The position numbers and the translations under genes are program-made. Under the pieces are notes generated by a model, which worked only from the letters and a program-made list of their open reading frames with translations, was not told where the DNA came from and made no database searches. From a virus, in the IMG/VR virus record IMGVR_UViG_3300042893_001581, positions 1-64,000 of that record: a stretch of DNA of 64,000 nucleotides. One strand, given 5' to 3'. Below are positions 57,694 to 64,000 of the stretch, piece by piece (the first letter of the stretch is position 1; every line of letters begins with the position of its first letter).

Positions 57694-58728
57694 ATGTCAT
57701 TTACAAGATTAGATCCTACAGATTTTGTGGTATCTGCCGACTCAGTAACGGCACCAGCATGGAGTAATAATGTAACTACTCTTACTAGTTTTTTTACAGC
57801 TTCTGCATCAACTACGGGTAGTTATTACGTTGATGTATATGATGGAAATATAAGTTCTCCATCTGCATCAGTTCAATTCTCAGTAGCTTATGGACATTAT
57901 GCTGGATCTGGATCTTTAGCTCTAAATAGTTTAGTGCTAGGAAAAAGCCCAACTAGAATTACATTTGGCCAATTTAGAAATTTAATTTATGGAGATGCAG
58001 AAAGTGCTGTAAATTTTGGTACGGGAAATGTTGATTCAGATGATTTAATAGCTATTCAAATAGATAGAAATAGATATAAAGAGAGTTTATTCCCAGGTAC
58101 TTTTAATTTAACTTTACTTAATGGTGCCAACGGTCCTATTAAATTAACTGATAACTCAAATGATGTAAGTACTATAACATATTTAGACGGTGGAAGAGTT
58201 TATAATATAGTATCTGGTTCTAATGGAACGGCTAAAAATAGTCCAACTTTATCTGGAGCAACTCAAGGAAATACTGTGTCAGGAAGTTATGGTTTATTTT
58301 TACCTGACATTGGATTAATTCTTTTAAACCCTAGAGCTTTATCTTTGGGCACTGCTGCTGGTGGAATTGTTACTTCATTCAATACAACAGCAAATACAGT
58401 AGCTGCATCTAGTGCAAATAATAATTTAATCTATGCTATAATTAATTCTGGTTCTAATTTTCAACTTAATTCTCAAGAAACAATCTCTTCTGATTATGTA
58501 TTTGTAAGATTTAAAAATGCTGACTATAACTATACTACTAATCCTTCATTTATAACGGGTTCTGGTGAATTAATATATTCTAATTTCATTAATAGTCCTC
58601 AAACATATCCTACAACTGTTGGATTGTATAACGATAACAATGAATTATTAGCAGTAGCTAAAATGTCTAAACCTCTTACAAAAGACTTTACTAAAGAGGC
58701 TCTTATTAGAGTTAAATTAGATTGGTAG
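57694..58728 (+). CDS. Baseplate/tail structural protein (intact paralog)
   Basis: C-terminal YNYTTNPSF...TTVGLYNDNNELLAVAKMSKP...IRVKLDW. Confidence 0.65.
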   Translation: MSFTRLDPTDFVVSADSVTAPAWSNNVTTLTSFFTASASTTGSYYVDVYDGNISSPSASVQFSVAYGHYAGSGSLALNSLVLGKSPTRITFGQFRNLIYGDAESAVNFGTGNVDSDDLIAIQIDRNRYKESLFPGTFNLTLLNGANGPIKLTDNSNDVSTITYLDGGRVYNIVSGSNGTAKNSPTLSGATQGNTVSGSYGLFLPDIGLILLNPRALSLGTAAGGIVTSFNTTANTVAASSANNNLIYAIINSGSNFQLNSQETISSDYVFVRFKNADYNYTTNPSFITGSGELIYSNFINSPQTYPTTVGLYNDNNELLAVAKMSKPLTKDFTKEALIRVKLDW

Positions 58729-58751
58729 TAAAATACTACAATAGTTTATAA

Positions 58752-60797
58752 ATGGGAATGTCAAAAAATACTCTTGATAGATCAGATATTTCTACTTTTC
58801 CTATAAAGTTAAAATATTCTTCATCTTATGCAAGTTCATCTGCTGTAAGTTATGGAATAACTTTAAATAGAGGAATTAATGGATCTTTTAATTCTGACGG
58901 AGAAGATTTTCTAGTATATAAATTAGCTAAACAACTATATTATAATTCTTATTTAACTGGATCTTTAAATAATACTGCAAGTGCTTGGAATGACAATTTA
59001 CAATCCACGGCAGCATCAGGTACTTTTGATAATGATTATAGATATTTTCCAACTACATCGGGTGATGAAATAACAGTATTAGCAATACCTAGGACTGTTT
59101 TTGGTGAAAATATAAGTAGAAAAAGTTTTGTATTATCAGGAACTACTTATAATTTAATTGATGACGGTAATGGAAATGTTATAGATGTAAATAATAATAA
59201 CGTACATGTAGGAAATATATTATATGCTCAAGGAATAGTTATTATTACAAATTTAGATTATGAGTATGCTCTAATACAAACAACGACAACGACAACTACT
59301 ACTAGTACTACATCAACTACTACTACTGCGGCACCTACAACCACTACTACTAGTACAACAACTAGTACAACTACGGCTGCGCCGACTACTACTACTAGTA
59401 CAACAACTAGTACAACTACGGCTGCGCCGACTACTACTACTAGTACAACAACTAGTACAACTACGGCAGAGCCGACTACTACTACTAGTACAACAACTAG
59501 TACAACTACGGCAGAGCCGACTACTACTACTAGTACAACAACTAGTACAACAACAGAAACTCCAACAACTACCACAACTACTAGTACAACCACTAGTACA
59601 ACAACTGTTGCATCTACAAACCATTTTAGAAGTGTAACTCCTCAAAGTAGTGCTGCTAACGCTTGTCTACAAAGTACACCGAATGATATCTATACTTCTG
59701 TAGCAACATCTACTATGGCAAACAGTATTGTATTCTATTCAGATGCTAATTTAAACACTGTTTTTAATGGTGCAAGCCAATGGTTCAAAATATTATGGAA
59801 AGGATCTGTAGGATTTGATGATATTTATGCAGTACAAATTAATTCGTCAGGTGTAGTGTTAAATTGGGAATACTGCCCAACAACTACCACAACAACTAGT
59901 ACAACAACAGGAGTTCCTACAACCACTACAACTAGTACAACGACTAGTACAACAACAGAAGTTCCTACAACCACTACAACTAGTACAACGACTAGTACAA
60001 CTACAGCAGCTTGTTATGAATATGTAGCAACGGCAGGCCAAACAGATATAGATAATTCAGATAATGGAACTGTTTATTTTAACTATACAGATTGTGATGG
60101 AAATCCTCAAACTCTTAGCAGAGGAACAACTACTCCAAGCAATCCAGTTTGTGCTATAAATGTAGGAAGTGTTTATATATTAATAGGAGGAAATCAATCC
60201 GCAGCTGGAAGCAGTTCATGGAGTACACCTGGAACACAGTGTAATGGAGCTCCAACGACCACAACTACTAGCACTACAACAGAAGCTCCGACAACAACTA
60301 CTACTAGCACGACTACTAGTACTACAACTGTAGTACCTACTACAACAACGACTAGTACAACTACATCAACAACAACAGAAACTCCAACAACAACTACTAC
60401 TAGTACAACAACTAGTACTACAACTGCAGAACCAACTACAACTACAACGACAACTAGTACAACTACATCAACAACTACAGCAGAGCCTACTACAACCACA
60501 ACAAGTACAACTACAACAACTACAACTATAGCTTGTTATGAATATATAGCTACAGCAGATCAAACAGATATAGATAATTCTGATAACGGAACTGTTTATT
60601 TTGAGTATGTTGATTGTGATGGAGTAACCCAAACACTAACTAGAGGAACAACAACTCCAAGTGATCCGGTATGTGCAAGAAGCGTAGGATCAGTTTATAT
60701 ATTAATAGGAGGAAATGCATCAGCTGCAGGTGGTAGTTCTTGGAGCGTACCTGGTACACAATGTAATCCTGGTGGCGGTGGTGGAGGTGGAGCGTAA
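58752..60797 (+). CDS. Structural protein N-domain fused to a Thr-rich mucin-like region with Cys-containing domains
   Basis: About 175-aa globular N-domain, then (AAPTTTTSTTTSTTT)n-type tracts interrupted by three Cys-containing domains; ends GGGGGGA. Confidence 0.75.
   Translation: MGMSKNTLDRSDISTFPIKLKYSSSYASSSAVSYGITLNRGINGSFNSDGEDFLVYKLAKQLYYNSYLTGSLNNTASAWNDNLQSTAASGTFDNDYRYFPTTSGDEITVLAIPRTVFGENISRKSFVLSGTTYNLIDDGNGNVIDVNNNNVHVGNILYAQGIVIITNLDYEYALIQTTTTTTTTSTTSTTTTAAPTTTTTSTTTSTTTAAPTTTTSTTTSTTTAAPTTTTSTTTSTTTAEPTTTTSTTTSTTTAEPTTTTSTTTSTTTETPTTTTTTSTTTSTTTVASTNHFRSVTPQSSAANACLQSTPNDIYTSVATSTMANSIVFYSDANLNTVFNGASQWFKILWKGSVGFDDIYAVQINSSGVVLNWEYCPTTTTTTSTTTGVPTTTTTSTTTSTTTEVPTTTTTSTTTSTTTAACYEYVATAGQTDIDNSDNGTVYFNYTDCDGNPQTLSRGTTTPSNPVCAINVGSVYILIGGNQSAAGSSSWSTPGTQCNGAPTTTTTSTTTEAPTTTTTSTTTSTTTVVPTTTTTSTTTSTTTETPTTTTTSTTTSTTTAEPTTTTTTTSTTTSTTTAEPTTTTTSTTTTTTTIACYEYIATADQTDIDNSDNGTVYFEYVDCDGVTQTLTRGTTTPSDPVCARSVGSVYILIGGNASAAGGSSWSVPGTQCNPGGGGGGGA
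59345..59550 (+). repeat. 45-bp tandem repeat (about 4.5 copies) encoding A(A/E)PTTTTSTTTSTTT
   Basis: GCCGACTACT recurs at 59381, 59426, 59471 and 59516. Confidence 0.9.
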
Positions 60798-60836
60798 CAA
60801 CTTTCACAATATTTATTAATATAAAATAAAACTGTT

Positions 60837-61793
60837 ATGAAAAATTTACGTTATATTTGTGCTCAACCTAGATTGGTTTATTATGCTTGGCAAGTAGAAG
60901 TTATGATTAATAATTTCATTAAGAATGGAATTAATCCTAATAATATAGATATTCTTGTAGCTTGGAATCCTAATGATGATACAAGTAAGCCAGAGACTAT
61001 TGAGATGTGGAATAAACTTACAGCTCATTATAATACTGTCAGATTCTTTTTTTATGAAGATACTAGGAAAAAGCCTATACACTACATTTCATCCATTAGG
61101 CCAAACATACTGAAGCAACACTTTAAAGCTCACCCTGAATTAAAAGACGAGGCAATATTTTATCATGATTGTGATATTTTATTTACTAAGCCTGTTGATT
61201 GGACTAATCTATTAAATGATGATATTTGGTATTTAAGTGATACCAATAGTTATATAAACTCCTCGTACATACTTTCTAAGGGTGAGGATGTTTACAACAA
61301 GATGTGTGAGATTGTTGGTATAGATTCAATAGTACCAAAACTAATGAACTCTAATTCAGGTGGTGCACAGTACATACTAAAAAATGTAGGTTGGGAATAT
61401 TGGACAAAAGTAGAACAAGATTCTGAAAACTTATTTTACCAAATAAATCAACTAAATCATAAGAAGAAAGAAGAAGATCCATCTCATCATGAACTTCAAA
61501 TATGGTGTGCAGATATGTGGGCCGTGTTGTGGAACGGGTGGCTTTGGGGTAATGAAACAAAGGTAATTAAAGAAATGGATTTTAGTTGGGCAACAGATTC
61601 AGAAGAACGATTTAATGAAACAAATATATTTCATAATGCAGGAGTAACTTGTTCTTGTGGAGGAAAGTTTTATAAAGCTAACTATAGAGATTCACTTCCT
61701 TATAATTTAGATCTTAGAATAAAAGAAGGAATGGCAAGTTATAAATACTATCAAGAAATTCAAGAAGTAGAAAAAAAATCTTCTTTATTGTGA
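60837..61793 (+). CDS. Putative protein O-glycosyltransferase (similar to plant peptidyl-serine galactosyltransferase/HPAT, GT96/GT95)
   Basis: YYAWQVEVM, Y.SSIRP, YHDCDILFTKP (DxD), GGAQY, WCADMWA; late promoter motif at 60809-60816. Confidence 0.6.
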   Translation: MKNLRYICAQPRLVYYAWQVEVMINNFIKNGINPNNIDILVAWNPNDDTSKPETIEMWNKLTAHYNTVRFFFYEDTRKKPIHYISSIRPNILKQHFKAHPELKDEAIFYHDCDILFTKPVDWTNLLNDDIWYLSDTNSYINSSYILSKGEDVYNKMCEIVGIDSIVPKLMNSNSGGAQYILKNVGWEYWTKVEQDSENLFYQINQLNHKKKEEDPSHHELQIWCADMWAVLWNGWLWGNETKVIKEMDFSWATDSEERFNETNIFHNAGVTCSCGGKFYKANYRDSLPYNLDLRIKEGMASYKYYQEIQEVEKKSSLL

Positions 61794-61804
61794 TTAAATA
61801 AATT

Positions 61805-62380
61805 ATGAAAATAGAATTTATAATATCAACTCATGGTAGAGTTAATAACTTAAATATGTCTTTAGGTTGTTTACAAAGTCAAACAAATAAAAATTGGGTA
61901 GCTAATATTATAGTTGACGGAATTAAAGATCCATACATTGAGTGTGAAAAATATTTTTCAAATGATGATAGAATAATATTTAATTATTTGGAAAAAAATT
62001 ATAATGACTTTGGGAATACTCCAAAAAATATAGGATTGCAATCAGCAAAAGAAGAATTAGTTATTATGACTAGCGATGATAATTATTACGTTGCATCTTT
62101 TGTTCAAGAAGTATTAAATAATTATTCGGAAAATATTAATTTTATTTATTGTGATATGATACATAATGGATATGATTATAAATTTTTTGAAACGTACCAC
62201 TCATCTCATAGAATAGATATTGGTATAATGATTATGAAAACAAAATTTGCTAAACAATTAAAATTAACAGAAAACAGAATAGACTCAGATGGAATTTTTT
62301 GTCATGAATATACTTCTAAATTTTGTCAAAATGAAGGGTCAATTAAAAAAATAAATAAAATTTTATATGCTCATAATTAA
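61805..62380 (+). CDS. Glycosyltransferase family 2-like
   Basis: IISTHGR...LQSQTNKNW...IIVDG...G.TPKNIGL...TSDDNYY. Confidence 0.85.
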   Translation: MKIEFIISTHGRVNNLNMSLGCLQSQTNKNWVANIIVDGIKDPYIECEKYFSNDDRIIFNYLEKNYNDFGNTPKNIGLQSAKEELVIMTSDDNYYVASFVQEVLNNYSENINFIYCDMIHNGYDYKFFETYHSSHRIDIGIMIMKTKFAKQLKLTENRIDSDGIFCHEYTSKFCQNEGSIKKINKILYAHN

Positions 62381-63242
62381 AGCTCTATACGGAAATAAAG
62401 ATTGCACTCAACAAATTAAGTCTAAAATTGTAAATGATAAATTAATAGTTAGATCATGTAACGATATTATAGGTGATACACTTCCTGGAGTTATAAAATA
62501 TCTTGAAGTAGATATAGAGCATAAAAATAAAATTTATAATGAAAAAATTAAAGAGGGAGAGTTATTAGTTTTTCCTAAATCAAAAAATAATAAATTAGGA
62601 ATTTTTTATTCTAATAATCATGTCTCTCAAACTTATCCTACTATAAAAAAATCTTTAGATACAATAAAAATAGCATCAGAAGGAAAAGCAGATATTTTAA
62701 CTTGTATGTGGAATCACGAACCTGATAATCCATTTCCTGAATTTATTTCTTGGGTAAAGATATCTAGCCACCTAAATCAATTGCTTCAAATAATGCATTT
62801 ATTATATCAAGCAAGAGAGATTAATAATTATAATTATGTTTCTTTTCTAGAACATGATGTTCTTTATCCAGAAGGATATTTTGATTATCCAGAAATAAAT
62901 GATGGAGAAGTTTTAACTAATATGAATTATATGGGGATTTGCAGAAGCGGTTGGCAAAGTTTAGGGCAGTTAGATCAACCATTTCATCAAATGACTATGA
63001 AATTTTCAGAAGCAATAAAACATTGTGAATCTATATTGTCTAATGCGTTAATAAGAAATTCAGGTCTTATAGAACCTCAAAATATTATCAGAAAAACTTG
63101 GAATTGTATTAATCCCTCTGTCCATGTTAATCATGGATATCATTTTACTTCTCACTTTAATGTGTACAGAAAAGATGATATTTTTCACGAACATTCATAT
63201 TGGGGAATTTTTGAAAACTATAAGTATTTATTTGAGTTTTAA
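62367..63242 (+). CDS. Putative glycosyltransferase with a small N-terminal lectin-like (SUEL-type) domain
   Basis: IIKALYG...GDTLPGVIKYLEV N-domain; VSFLEHDVLYP acidic motif; HVNHG.HFT. Confidence 0.55.
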   Translation: MLIIKALYGNKDCTQQIKSKIVNDKLIVRSCNDIIGDTLPGVIKYLEVDIEHKNKIYNEKIKEGELLVFPKSKNNKLGIFYSNNHVSQTYPTIKKSLDTIKIASEGKADILTCMWNHEPDNPFPEFISWVKISSHLNQLLQIMHLLYQAREINNYNYVSFLEHDVLYPEGYFDYPEINDGEVLTNMNYMGICRSGWQSLGQLDQPFHQMTMKFSEAIKHCESILSNALIRNSGLIEPQNIIRKTWNCINPSVHVNHGYHFTSHFNVYRKDDIFHEHSYWGIFENYKYLFEF

Positions 63243-63253
63243 TATTTATAAGT

Positions 63254-63553
63254 ATGCCATCTTATTCTGCATATACACTTAATTTAGTAGCCGAGACAAC
63301 TGTATACCAAAACGAAGTTAGGTGTAGGGTGAAGGAAAATGATTTTAACTATACGTTAAATCCGAGTGCAAATAAAGCAGGAACCTCAGGTTCTTATATA
63401 GATGCAGTAACAGGTTCAGACTTTCATCCTTATACAACCACAGTAGGATTATATAATGATAAAGATGAGTTATTAGTAGTTGGAAAATTATCTAGGCCAT
63501 ATCCAATTCCACCTAATACAGATATGACTTTTATTATAAGGTGGGATAGTTAA
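63254..63553 (+). CDS. Stand-alone C-terminal domain paralogous to the C-terminus of 57694-58728
   Basis: FNYTLNPS...YTTTVGLYNDKDELLVVGKLSRP...FIIRWD; own late promoter motif at 63242-63249. Confidence 0.75.
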   Translation: MPSYSAYTLNLVAETTVYQNEVRCRVKENDFNYTLNPSANKAGTSGSYIDAVTGSDFHPYTTTVGLYNDKDELLVVGKLSRPYPIPPNTDMTFIIRWDS

Positions 63554-63563
63554 AAAATAAAGT

Positions 63564-64000
63564 ATGAATAAATGGTTATATTTTGATCCTCTAGGAGTTA
63601 CTAGAGAGTTTAATTCAATAGAAGACTTTCCACCCAATACTGTTGGCTTTATATATAAGATTGTCAATCTAGTCAATGGCAAATTCTATATAGGTAGAAA
63701 GGTCCTTTTCAATAATACCAATAAAGTATTAACCAAGAAGGAGATCGCGGAATGGGACAAACCTGGGCGCGTCCCACGCAAGAAGAAGATCATTAAAGAA
63801 TCTGATTGGTTATCATACCATGGAAGTAATAAGCTTCTTAATCAAGAAAGAAAAGAAATAGGGGATGATATGTTTACTAGAGAGATCTTACAATTATGTT
63901 ACTCTAAAAAACAATTGACTTATTATGAAGTATGGTGGCAAATGCATTACAAAGTTCTTCATATAGATTCATATAACGATAATATCCAAGGTAGGTTCTA
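63564..64000 (+). CDS. GIY-YIG family nuclease-like protein, truncated at the right window edge (not in ORF track)
   Basis: MNKWLY...GFIYKIVNLVNGKFYIGRK...ESDWLSYHGS...FTREIL...YNDNI. Confidence 0.8.
   Translation, partial: MNKWLYFDPLGVTREFNSIEDFPPNTVGFIYKIVNLVNGKFYIGRKVLFNNTNKVLTKKEIAEWDKPGRVPRKKKIIKESDWLSYHGSNKLLNQERKEIGDDMFTREILQLCYSKKQLTYYEVWWQMHYKVLHIDSYNDNIQGRF

Noticed and set aside
59258-60499. Minus-strand poly-Val and Cys/Ser-rich ORFs
   Set aside because: Antisense shadows of the ACN Thr codon tracts.
16121-63682. Short ORFs antisense to well-supported genes (e.g. 17149, 18064, 19151, 28365, 44551, 61351, 63488)
   Set aside because: They overlap conserved genes on the opposite strand, have low-complexity or atypical composition and lack expression signals.
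1-64000. Stop-codon reassignment
   Set aside because: Core genes are intact under the standard code, and TAG ends several genes with the next gene starting shortly after (e.g. 49580, 58728).

Overview
A 64 kb AT-rich, gene-dense segment of a large T4-like (myovirus-type) phage genome. The host is probably Bacteroidota, inferred from TAnnTTTG-like promoters and no obvious Shine-Dalgarno signals; the standard genetic code is used. Two arms diverge from about 42.3 kb. The minus arm carries primase, an exonuclease, about 20 small genes with shared leader peptides, TerL, portal, prohead protease, scaffold, major capsid protein, PhoH, neck proteins, two giant Gly-X-Ser repeat fibre proteins and three LamG lectin paralogs. 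The plus arm carries a glutaredoxin, an HD protein, a gp55-like late sigma factor, baseplate genes, a Thr-rich mucin-like structural protein followed by three glycosyltransferase-like genes, and a GIY-YIG nuclease. Most notable: (1) a candidate phage virion O-glycosylation system, with a mucin-like protein next to an enzyme resembling plant peptidyl-Ser galactosyltransferase/HPAT, inserted so that it splits a structural gene; (2) a candidate capsid-cargo addressing system, in which many proteins, including enzymes, carry MIKLxDLLxE or scaffold-like RxxxLAG leaders and (L/I)xE protease sites; (3) nearly proline-free Gly-X-Ser collagen-like fibres; (4) a strand-specific ATATTTAT late promoter and a candidate structured ncRNA. 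All functional calls come from motif recognition by eye; no database search was run.
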